DNA of 29,939 nucleotides from a virus (Duplodnaviria; Caudoviricetes): the IMG/VR virus record IMGVR_UViG_3300030372_001041, positions 1 to 29,939 of that record; one strand, given 5' to 3'. Positions 15,119-22,100 of this stretch are shown here, piece after piece. A program made the position numbers and the translations under genes. The stretch's first letter is position 1. The number at the start of each line of letters is the position of its first letter. Below the pieces are notes generated by a model. The model did not search any database. It saw only the letters and a list, made by a program, of their open reading frames with translations, and was not told the origin of the DNA.

Positions 15119-15523
15119 TCAGGATAATCTTTCTTCATGATATTTTATTAACTCATTGAATTGTTGAAGCATATCTTCGTAGTCTTTTTTGTATAGTTTT
15201 TTGAGTTTGCGTTTGTCTTGATGCATCTGCCTTACAAAGTCTTCACCATACATATCAATCATCCATAGTGTGTACTGACCTTCTGCGCTGCCCTTGCTCA
15301 TGCCAAAACAATTACAGCCTTTACATTGTGGATGCACGTTCTCTACTTCTAGCGCCCAGTATGATGAACTACCTTTTGCTATGTAGTGACCGCCATCTGC
15401 GTCTTTCCAATGCAATCTTTTGTCGCATGATACACATTGCACCATACCAAGCTGATCCGCAGCAGATATTCTTGCTAACTTTTGTATGGCAGTCAGACAT
15501 TTCTTGCGTAGTTTTTGACTCAT
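15119..15523 (-). CDS. ninG: NinG/Rap-like HNH-type recombination nuclease
   Basis: CVSC...DGGHYI...ENVHPQCKGCN...YTLWMIDMYGED matches the NinG pattern. Lies downstream of O/P-like genes. Confidence 0.82.
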   Translation of the reverse strand: MSQKLRKKCLTAIQKLARISAADQLGMVQCVSCDKRLHWKDADGGHYIAKGSSSYWALEVENVHPQCKGCNCFGMSKGSAEGQYTLWMIDMYGEDFVRQMHQDKRKLKKLYKKDYEDMLQQFNELIKYHEERLS

Positions 15524-15942
15524 TCGTCTGTCATTGGCTTTGATGGAAAAGGTATGTGTATGCCTGTACGCTCACTCAATGCTGAGTTGATAGCATCATA
15601 GACCTTTGATACTTTGTCTGATTCTATATCTGTGGTTGATGATACACCGTACATTGTGTTCTGTATTGATCGCCAAAACTCTTTAAATGATTCTTGTGTC
15701 CAGGGTATCTCAATAGAATCTCTAAGAAAGTCTGCGTTAAGTTGGTGATAGTAACCAGCATCATTCAGCATACCAGCTGCATTTCTAAAATAAACTTCAA
15801 GCGCGGCTTGTTGTTTGGGTGATCTTGGTTTACCTGTCTTACAAATAAACGTAACAAAATCATGTTCATCGCATATCTCATCAACAAACTTTTTAAAACA
15901 TTCTCGTTTGTGATCGTTGTTTACGTGCCAATGTTGAGCCAT
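15520..15942 (-). CDS. NinB/YbcN-like protein
   Basis: RSPKQQAAL...WTQESFKE...STTDI pattern, directly upstream of the ninG-like gene. Confidence 0.55.
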   Translation of the reverse strand: MAQHWHVNNDHKRECFKKFVDEICDEHDFVTFICKTGKPRSPKQQAALEVYFRNAAGMLNDAGYYHQLNADFLRDSIEIPWTQESFKEFWRSIQNTMYGVSSTTDIESDKVSKVYDAINSALSERTGIHIPFPSKPMTDE

Positions 15943-15943
15943 A

Positions 15944-16204
15944 TTATTTAACCAGTTTTTTACTTAACCATTTTTTACTGAGTTCTTGATTGTATTGATT
16001 TTTTTCTTTTTTAGTAACAAATGGCTTATACTTTCGTTTCTCCATATCTTTATCATCAAACCAGTCTTTGTCTTTGAGTTTTTTTCTAACAAATGTTGGC
16101 GATCTGTCAAATGCTTTTGCAATATCTAGCACAGAATACTTTTCACCGTAACTAAGTTTACGAGTTCGCCCCTTGTATACTCTGTAAATAGTTCTTTCAG
16201 GCAT
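15944..16204 (-). CDS. Small basic protein with possible HTH
   Basis: YSVLDIAKAFDRSPTFVRKKL resembles a helix-turn-helix. Confidence 0.55.
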   Translation of the reverse strand: MPERTIYRVYKGRTRKLSYGEKYSVLDIAKAFDRSPTFVRKKLKDKDWFDDKDMEKRKYKPFVTKKEKNQYNQELSKKWLSKKLVK

Positions 16205-16652
16205 TCATTCCAAGCTCTTCTTTGAGTTTAGCTAGTGCAATAATATTTTTTTCACGCCTTTCTTTCTGACTATCTGGCTGCAACTGGTGAGGTATGTATA
16301 GTTTATGATAACTAGCTATCCTGTACTTTGTTTTTTGTAAACTGAGTATTGCATCAATGTCTGGAAACGTAAACTTATCATTACCCTTTTGTCTTTCTGC
16401 ATGTAGCTCATCAAACAATGCGTTAATCTCTTCTCTGCACATCTTGGCGATTGACTTACCAAACTCTCTCTTTGCTAGTGACAATGAGTTGTCATCAGGC
16501 CATTGTGCTTGCATACGTGATATGCCATAAGTGTTTTGCAATCTAAAAAAGAAATAAGCAATTACATCTTTTTCGTTTTTGCTAAAAGTCTGTGGCTTTT
16601 TCGTAGTCGTATATGCTTGCTGCATAAGTTGTTTTAGCTGTTGTTTTTCCAT
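16197..16652 (-). CDS. Putative replication protein P-like helicase loader (start revised to ATG 16652)
   Basis: AAGGAG RBS before MEKQQL. FFRLQNTYG..QW..AKREF..FPDI pattern. Overlaps the 3' end of the initiator gene by 71 nt. Confidence 0.55.
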   Translation of the reverse strand: MEKQQLKQLMQQAYTTTKKPQTFSKNEKDVIAYFFFRLQNTYGISRMQAQWPDDNSLSLAKREFGKSIAKMCREEINALFDELHAERQKGNDKFTFPDIDAILSLQKTKYRIASYHKLYIPHQLQPDSQKERREKNIIALAKLKEELGMNA

Positions 16653-17208
16653 AGTTGTTTCTCCTTTTTTTATCGTTTGATTCCCAGTAAGACAATGCAC
16701 GTTTCCAATCTTTCATTTTTACCCTACCAACAACCCATCCTTTTGATGAATGGTAATCATAAAATTGTTGAACATCACATTGATAACCCTTTTTATTTTT
16801 ATATTCTTCTAATTCATTTACAGTAGGTATATTAAATTTAATATTAATACTTGTATTATTATGGGTGACATTTTTGTCACCAGGGGGGGTGACATTTTTG
16901 TCACTACCCTCATGACAAATTTGTACATACCTTTTGCTAATTGTTTTTGTCCCTTCTTTGTATTCCACAGTCATTTTTATATAACCAAGTGCATGTAATG
17001 ACTGTATTAATCTCTGAATAGATCGTTTGTCTATGCCGTACAACTCAGCAAAGTAATTATTTGTTGCCCAGCATCTGCCTTCTTTGTTGCATAGAGAGCT
17101 TATCTCACCGTACAGCAACTTAGCATTAGCTGTAAGACGTTTATCATATCTAACACTAGCTGGTATGACTGCGTAATAGTTTGGCTTCACGAAATTATAA
17201 TTACTCAT
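16582..17208 (-). CDS. Phage replication initiator (lambda O-like, N-terminal winged HTH)
   Basis: PNYYAVIPASVRYDKRLTANAKLLYGEISSLCNKEGRCWATNNYFAELY at the N-terminus and FYDYHSSKGWVVGRVKMKDWK at the C-terminus. Carries internal iterons. Confidence 0.85.
   Translation of the reverse strand: MSNYNFVKPNYYAVIPASVRYDKRLTANAKLLYGEISSLCNKEGRCWATNNYFAELYGIDKRSIQRLIQSLHALGYIKMTVEYKEGTKTISKRYVQICHEGSDKNVTPPGDKNVTHNNTSINIKFNIPTVNELEEYKNKKGYQCDVQQFYDYHSSKGWVVGRVKMKDWKRALSYWESNDKKRRNNYGKTTAKTTYAASIYDYEKATDF
16863..16927. repeat. Iterons of the putative replication origin
   Basis: GGGTGACATTTTTGTCAC at 16863-16880 and 16887-16904 (each GTGACA-N4-TGTCAC dyad), a degenerate third copy near 16912, and an AT-rich tract at ~16790-16862. 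Confidence 0.8.
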
Positions 17209-17405
17209 TCAGCAGCCCTAATGAACTCAGATAGCTTTACTTCGCAAGTATCTGATATCTTTTGTAACGTGCTAACAGATGGTATTCTCTCACCTCTAGC
17301 AATCTTTGATGTCATAGATATTGACATACCACATTTGACTGCAAACTGAGATTGATTAAGATTTAATTCATTCATGTAATGATTCATTGCTTTACTAATA
17401 TCCAT
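17205..17405 (-). CDS. XRE/Cro-like HTH transcriptional regulator
   Basis: 66 aa; LNQSQFAVKCGMSISMTSKIARGERIPSVSTLQKISDT. AAGGA RBS. Confidence 0.9.
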   Translation of the reverse strand: MDISKAMNHYMNELNLNQSQFAVKCGMSISMTSKIARGERIPSVSTLQKISDTCEVKLSEFIRAAE

Positions 17406-17414
17406 GTTATTCCT

Positions 17415-17459
17415 TTGACTTGTTGTACTAATTGTATTTATAATGGTACAATGTGTAAA
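17415..17459. promoter_or_regulatory. Overlapping divergent promoters with two operator-like boxes
   Basis: Plus strand: TTGACT(17415)-N18-TATAAT(17439). Minus strand: TTTACA(17459)-N17-TACAAT(17436). Boxes GTAC-TAATT-GTAT (17425) and GTAC-AATGT-GTAA (17446). Confidence 0.72.
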
Positions 17460-17495
17460 ACATTATTTCAATCAATTATTAAAGGGATTATTAAA

Positions 17496-17855
17496 ATGAC
17501 AGTATTTCAATTTCCAAATGATGAGATCACTCATTGTGATAGATGCTGTGAATACAGAGATAGTTACTTGTATGTAACGTCTGATGTTTACGGCATATGC
17601 AGCAACAAAAGAGACTTTGACGATGGGTCAACCTACGTGTGTCACGATTGTCTAACTGAAGATGAGTACAAATTACTTCAAAGGTTGAATGATTTTGATC
17701 GCGGTGACGCTGATTGTCAGTTAGGTAAGCCACATATGCCAGGGCAAAGCACCGAATATGATTGGGCGTATGGTGCTAGGTACGCAAAAGAACAGATGGA
17801 TGATGCAAAGCTAGAACCATTGAATAAATTTACTGAAGAATTATTGGGGTTATAA
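17496..17855 (+). CDS. Hypothetical Cys-rich, possibly Zn-binding protein (start revised to ATG 17496)
   Basis: AAAGGGA RBS; CDRCC and CHDC pairs. The 17379 start in the track would run through the promoters. Confidence 0.65.
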   Translation: MTVFQFPNDEITHCDRCCEYRDSYLYVTSDVYGICSNKRDFDDGSTYVCHDCLTEDEYKLLQRLNDFDRGDADCQLGKPHMPGQSTEYDWAYGARYAKEQMDDAKLEPLNKFTEELLGL

Positions 17856-17856
17856 A

Positions 17857-18600
17857 ATGAAAACAAACATACCAGATAGTGTAAAGAAAGTATTCCAAGA
17901 GATGGGAATCAAACCAGACCATGATAACTTATGGGATTGTCATGGAACTATGGTTATCAAACATAAAACACTTGAGAAGTTAGCAGCGTTCAAGGGTATA
18001 CAGTTTGATAAGCCAGAGTTTATAGAGGTTAGCATCAAAAACAAAGAAGTAGCGGTGTTAGTTACTGGTCATTTAGGCAACAAGTCTGAATGGTCAGTAG
18101 GTGAGTCAGCCCCTTACAACTGCAAGAATAGTTATCCGTTTGCTATGGCTGAGAAACGTGCTAAAGATCGCGTGATTCTAAAGCTAGTCGGATTACATGG
18201 TGATGTGTATTCAGAGGATGAAGCTGACGATTTTTCTGTAAAACCATCTTACACGTTAGAACAAAAGGCTATGCTTGATGATGCACTACAGCGTAATGAC
18301 AGTCTAACCATGCATGCATTGTTGGCACAATGTACAGAGGATCAAGCTACTGGATTGTTTAATTCGTTCAGACGTGGCGAGGTAAGTGCTAACAAAGATA
18401 GGATCAGACAGTTAAGCAGTCATGGTAGTAATCAATGGAAGAAACTAAAAGATGATGTGCAAATAGGATTGTCTGACCCAGACGCATACTTTGATGTGGT
18501 CAATGAAGTAGAAAATCTTAGTTCATTTGACTTAAAGTTCTTGCACACAATCATAGATAAACAGCAATCAAATCAACTTAAACAACTTATGGCAGGGTAA
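17857..18600 (+). CDS. Putative single-strand annealing protein (Rad52/Sak-like, tentative)
   Basis: GESAPYN..YPFAMAEKRAKDRVILKLVGLHGDVYSEDEADDF resembles annealing-protein cores. Lies directly upstream of SSB. Confidence 0.5.
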   Translation: MKTNIPDSVKKVFQEMGIKPDHDNLWDCHGTMVIKHKTLEKLAAFKGIQFDKPEFIEVSIKNKEVAVLVTGHLGNKSEWSVGESAPYNCKNSYPFAMAEKRAKDRVILKLVGLHGDVYSEDEADDFSVKPSYTLEQKAMLDDALQRNDSLTMHALLAQCTEDQATGLFNSFRRGEVSANKDRIRQLSSHGSNQWKKLKDDVQIGLSDPDAYFDVVNEVENLSSFDLKFLHTIIDKQQSNQLKQLMAG

Positions 18601-18601
18601 T

Positions 18602-18928
18602 ATGTATTTTAGAATTAATTTTGATATGGATCTAACAAAGATAGATAAAGCTAGAATAGTAGAGGGGTCATCTGGCGGTAAATATGCAAAGTTTACTTTG
18701 TTCTGCGACACAGACAAGGTAAAAGATGAGTATGGAAACAGTGGTTTTGTTAGTCAGGCTTTAAACAAACAAGATTTTGATAACAAAAGAAATGGGATTG
18801 AACTCCCGGAAATGCCGATTATCGGTAAAGCTAAAGTAGTTTATCCCAAAAGTGACGCTACTAATGAACCTCAAAATACTACACCAAAGATAGCTGATGA
18901 TAGTTTTGATGACGATGTTCCATGGTAA
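18602..18928 (+). CDS. ssb: Single-stranded DNA-binding protein
   Basis: Acidic tail DDSFDDDVPW; DLTKIDK..GKY..DEYGNSGFVSQ..PIIGKAKV pattern. Confidence 0.72.
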   Translation: MYFRINFDMDLTKIDKARIVEGSSGGKYAKFTLFCDTDKVKDEYGNSGFVSQALNKQDFDNKRNGIELPEMPIIGKAKVVYPKSDATNEPQNTTPKIADDSFDDDVPW

Positions 18929-18957
18929 AAGAAAGGGGGCATATAGCCCCCATTTTT
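18929..18957. terminator. Bidirectional intrinsic terminator between convergent operons
   Basis: AAGAAA-GGGGGC-ATATA-GCCCCC-ATTTTT. Confidence 0.85.
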
Positions 18958-19141
18958 ATGATGTATAAATATATTTTGTGTAGCCGTTTTGTTGTTTTAT
19001 TGTTTTAATTATATTTCCTTTTGATCTTAAATCGTAAATCCTAGCTGCTAATCTATAAATGCCCAACTCGTTTAGACTTTGCATTGGATCAATAGACCCA
19101 TTATTTTTGAGATAACTCAACAGTTTTTTATTCTGACTCAT
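18956..19141 (-). CDS. Small winged-HTH DNA-binding protein
   Basis: SQNKKLLSYLK..SIDPMQSLNELGIYRLAARIYDLRSKG. Confidence 0.8.
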   Translation of the reverse strand: MSQNKKLLSYLKNNGSIDPMQSLNELGIYRLAARIYDLRSKGNIIKTIKQQNGYTKYIYTS

Positions 19142-19143
19142 TT

Positions 19144-19368
19144 TTACCCCCTAATTAATATATTTAATAAAGTAACTAAGCCATAAGACCCGATTGAAAT
19201 TAAAGCCATTAGAGCGATTAAACCTAAACGGGATACTATGACACCTGTAATCCGATTACGGTTGCGTATCAAACGTATATGCGATTTTTCAGCCTGTTCT
19301 CGTTTAGCCGCCAGATATCTTAAGGCCTTAGCGTTCCTAGTTGGTATATCCCATGTGTAGTCAGTCAT
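19144..19368 (-). CDS. Hypothetical protein with C-terminal TM helix
   Basis: AGGAG RBS; hydrophobic LGLIALMALISIGSYGLVTLLNILI. Confidence 0.65.
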   Translation of the reverse strand: MTDYTWDIPTRNAKALRYLAAKREQAEKSHIRLIRNRNRITGVIVSRLGLIALMALISIGSYGLVTLLNILIRG

Positions 19369-19777
19369 TTTTTTCTCCTTCCTGTCTTTGTTTAATTATC
19401 ATTTTGTATTCATAAATCAAGTGCTCCAATACTTCGGAGTACCATTCTTTACCAGTGTTATGATCATGTAGGTAAAAATATCTGTAATCAAAATGCGGAA
19501 AAAGTTTTCCGTCTTCGGCTTCTTCGTCCTCATTTGGACAGACATATATTGCAATAGGGTCGTAATGTACGCCATCGATAAAAGAATTATCAGGTCTAGC
19601 AAAGCTCGCGCACTCGTCATTTCTGTAGGACACGTCTTGAAAACCTTCAGCCAATAAGATTAAAAGCTCCGTTCTTGTCAGTAATGCTTTGCAATTTTGA
19701 TGAATGTAAAAAGTTTCATTTGTAATAGTTTCATAGGCGCATGGCGCGCCTACGTTATATCGTCCTTCTATAGTCAT
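19361..19777 (-). CDS. Hypothetical acidic early protein
   Basis: 138 aa, GGAGG RBS, TAATG overlap; GFQDVSYRNDECASF motif. Confidence 0.7.
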   Translation of the reverse strand: MTIEGRYNVGAPCAYETITNETFYIHQNCKALLTRTELLILLAEGFQDVSYRNDECASFARPDNSFIDGVHYDPIAIYVCPNEDEEAEDGKLFPHFDYRYFYLHDHNTGKEWYSEVLEHLIYEYKMIIKQRQEGEKND

Positions 19778-19965
19778 TATTCACCCTCCTTTTTATAGGC
19801 ACAAACAACAAAGTTATAACCCTCTGCATCTGTGTCTAAACCTAACAGATCGGTTAACATTTCTAAGACATTTACTTTATGTGATTCCTCGTAATCAATA
19901 CCAAACCACACACCATTTGGCACAACTGTCCAATTATTTTTTTCTAACTCTTTTTTAGTTAACAT
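19777..19965 (-). CDS. Hypothetical early protein (start revised to ATG 19965)
   Basis: AAGGGGAAGCA-ATG leader; 62 aa. Confidence 0.65.
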   Translation of the reverse strand: MLTKKELEKNNWTVVPNGVWFGIDYEESHKVNVLEMLTDLLGLDTDAEGYNFVVCAYKKEGE

Positions 19966-19975
19966 TGCTTCCCCC

Positions 19976-20326
19976 TTATGCTGTTTTAGTTTGATCAATG
20001 TTAAAATACTCGCCATTCATCTCATTGAATAATTCTTTGATGTATTGTTGAGCTTCTTCCAATAATGCGACATATTGACCGGCTTGAATCATTGCGTGGT
20101 AATCTGCATCAGGTGAACACAATCCTTCATCTTTTGCTTGATCAACCCACTCCCAATGTTCAACCGCCCACTGTCTAAGATCAAAATTATATATGTCTAT
20201 ATTAGAGTCAATTATGCTATGTACTGAGCCGTTATAATCTAAATCCTCATATAAAAAATACCAATCTGTATAAACTTCATCTTTACTAATGGTTTCTATA
20301 ATTAAATCTTTTAGTTCGTCTTTCAT
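19976..20326 (-). CDS. Ocr (T7 gp0.3)-like DNA-mimic anti-restriction protein
   Basis: 116 aa, about 26 D/E vs 7 K/R. VHSIIDSNIDIYNFDL and DEGLCSPDADYHAMIQAGQYVAL align by eye with T7 Ocr IHMAADNAVPHYYADI and [23 protein letters not shown] (recalled from memory). Confidence 0.68.
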   Translation of the reverse strand: MKDELKDLIIETISKDEVYTDWYFLYEDLDYNGSVHSIIDSNIDIYNFDLRQWAVEHWEWVDQAKDEGLCSPDADYHAMIQAGQYVALLEEAQQYIKELFNEMNGEYFNIDQTKTA

Positions 20327-20341
20327 GGTGTTACTCCCTTT

Positions 20342-20515
20342 TTATATTGATTGTTGTTTAACTTTGAACACATAACCAAGTGACTTCATTTGATCTATTG
20401 TGTAATCGGTTAATGTTTTAGTGCCAGCGATACTGGCAAATGTAGTGCTAATCTTACAGGCTGGATATACTCTATCCTCACCATAGATTGATTTGATTGT
20501 TACTAAAACTTCCAT
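20342..20515 (-). CDS. Small early protein (57 aa, not in the ORF track)
   Basis: MEVLVTIKSIYGEDRVYPACKISTTFASIAGTKTLTDYTIDQMKSLGYVFKVKQQSI, with an AAAAAGGGAG RBS. Confidence 0.8.
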   Translation of the reverse strand: MEVLVTIKSIYGEDRVYPACKISTTFASIAGTKTLTDYTIDQMKSLGYVFKVKQQSI

Positions 20516-20528
20516 TGTTGCTCCCTTT

Positions 20529-20735
20529 TTAATATGTATCTTTTAAATAAAGTTTATTTTCCCAGAGTATGACTTTGTAATCTGGGTTTAGTTTTTTAAG
20601 CAGCTTAATATTTTCATTCATACTCTCGACAATCTCCCAGCTTTTGCTTTTCTTGTCTAAGTCTGTGCTGTGATAATTTATCTCGCAATCGTTTCGTTTA
20701 ATATGTTCCTTTATGAAATCATCCCAAGTTTTCAT
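20529..20735 (-). CDS. Hypothetical protein, first gene of the early operon
   Basis: 68 aa with an AAAAAAGGGAG RBS. Confidence 0.7.
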   Translation of the reverse strand: MKTWDDFIKEHIKRNDCEINYHSTDLDKKSKSWEIVESMNENIKLLKKLNPDYKVILWENKLYLKDTY

Positions 20736-20769
20736 TGTGTTACTCCCTTTTTTGATTGATTGATTTACT

Positions 20770-20814
20770 ACTTTATACTATTAGTACACAGAGTACAAGT
20801 GCTAAATACAATTA
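20770..20814 (-). promoter_or_regulatory. Early-operon promoter overlapped by TAC-N5-GTA boxes
   Basis: Minus strand TTGTAC(20798)-N17-TAAAGT(20775). Plus strand ATAC-TATTA-GTAC-ACAGA-GTAC at 20775-20796. 20803-20814 is the exact reverse complement of 17429-17440. Confidence 0.58.
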
Positions 20815-20947
20815 ATTTAAATATATACAATATATAGGGGAGAGATATAGACAGATATACAGTTTAATGGCGTTTTTTTTGTGTTTTATTTATTCAATGA
20901 TTACAATCAGTTATAAGCAAAATACATATATATTAAGGTTGTATATT

Positions 20948-21256
20948 ATGAATACTAGAGGACTTGGAAAGAATCGTGCATTCATCCACCGAAAATTACA
21001 GCAAATGATGGGCAAGGACTTCAACCCAGTCATTGAGATGGTGAAGCAAGCCGTTAAACTTGATGAGTTAGTTGATCAAGAGCCTTCTATCATTAACTGT
21101 GAGAAATCTATTACATCGTGGAGCCGTGTGGCTGAATATCTGACCCCGAAACTTCGCAGTCAGGAGATCAAGATGGAGGATGAATTGGTTGTAAGTATCA
21201 ATAGAAAAGACTACTCAGGTGCTGACACAAATACAGATAGTACAGGCACAGAATAA
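20948..21256 (+). CDS. terS: Putative terminase small subunit (start revised to ATG 20948)
   Basis: RGLGKN..FNPVIEM..VAEYLTPKLRSQEI pattern. First gene of the packaging operon. Confidence 0.62.
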   Translation: MNTRGLGKNRAFIHRKLQQMMGKDFNPVIEMVKQAVKLDELVDQEPSIINCEKSITSWSRVAEYLTPKLRSQEIKMEDELVVSINRKDYSGADTNTDSTGTE

Positions 21257-21348
21257 CAGCACCCCCCCCTTTGACAGTGCGACATGTATATGTATATATA
21301 TCCCTCTCAAAAAAAAATTTACCTAAAAAAACCTTTTTATGATTTCTT

Positions 21349-21534
21349 ATGATTTCTCTTAATACAGATGAGGTTATAAGTGATGTTGATTATGAGTTAA
21401 TAGAAGCGTTTTACACTGCTTTGGTGGATAGGGATGTTATTGCTATGAGAGAGGTTTTGTATATACTAGATGAGCGAATGAGTAAGGATTGTCTTTGTTT
21501 AGAGCAAAGGTGTACGTGTGGAGCATGGCTATAG
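21349..21534 (+). CDS. Hypothetical acidic protein with C-terminal Cys cluster
   Basis: 61 aa ending CLCLEQRCTCGAWL. Weak RBS. Confidence 0.5.
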   Translation: MISLNTDEVISDVDYELIEAFYTALVDRDVIAMREVLYILDERMSKDCLCLEQRCTCGAWL

Positions 21535-21537
21535 AAC

Positions 21538-21921
21538 GTGATAGAGCCTTTTGTATATAATTGTAAATTGGGTCGTGTAATTGATGGTGATACTGTTGTG
21601 TTATCGGAAATTGATTTAGGATTTGCTGTTTATCTTCACAATAAGACGGTAAGAATTGCAGGTATAGATACCCCTGAATCACGAATCAATGTAAAGAAAT
21701 ATCCTGAACGAGCAAAAGAAAAACAATTAGGCCTTTTAGCGAAGGTAAGGCTCAAAGAGTACCTAAAGGGTCAGATAACTGTAAAGTCTCATGGTACGGA
21801 TAAATATGGGCGTATACTGGGTGATTTATATTGTGAGCTAGGTAATGTTGCTGACCTTCTTAAATCAGAAAAGTTAGCTGTTGATTATGATGGTGGAACA
21901 AAAACAAAGGTGTGGTTATGA
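21538..21921 (+). CDS. Staphylococcal nuclease (SNase/thermonuclease)-family protein
   Basis: RVIDGDT..IDLGF..VRIAGIDTPES..DKYGRILG. Confidence 0.92.
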   Translation: MIEPFVYNCKLGRVIDGDTVVLSEIDLGFAVYLHNKTVRIAGIDTPESRINVKKYPERAKEKQLGLLAKVRLKEYLKGQITVKSHGTDKYGRILGDLYCELGNVADLLKSEKLAVDYDGGTKTKVWL

Positions 21922-22100
21922 CATCAATGAGTAGTCGGGGCAAGAAAGGCCCAAATCACGTTCATTATTTAGATAAAGAGACACGTGATAGATATTTTCC
22001 AGAATATAACGGAGGTAAAGGTAGTATGCCTAGAACCTCTACCAAAACATCTAGACAACGCTTTGAAGATAACTACGATAAGATAAATTGGTCTAAGTAA
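21912..22100 (+). CDS. Small hypothetical phage protein
   Basis: GGKGSMPR...RFEDNYDKINW motif; TAATG overlap with terL. Start may be ATG 21918. Confidence 0.7.
   Translation: MVMTSMSSRGKKGPNHVHYLDKETRDRYFPEYNGGKGSMPRTSTKTSRQRFEDNYDKINWSK

Noticed and set aside
17379-17495. N-terminal extensions in the ORF track (17379, also 20867, 16700, 20016, 12099)
   Set aside because: They run through promoters or upstream genes; downstream ATGs have better RBSs or coupling.
17690-17790. Ribosome-modulation-factor-like motif (FDRGDADC..G..YDWAY)
   Set aside because: The similarity is too short and degenerate to support without a profile search.
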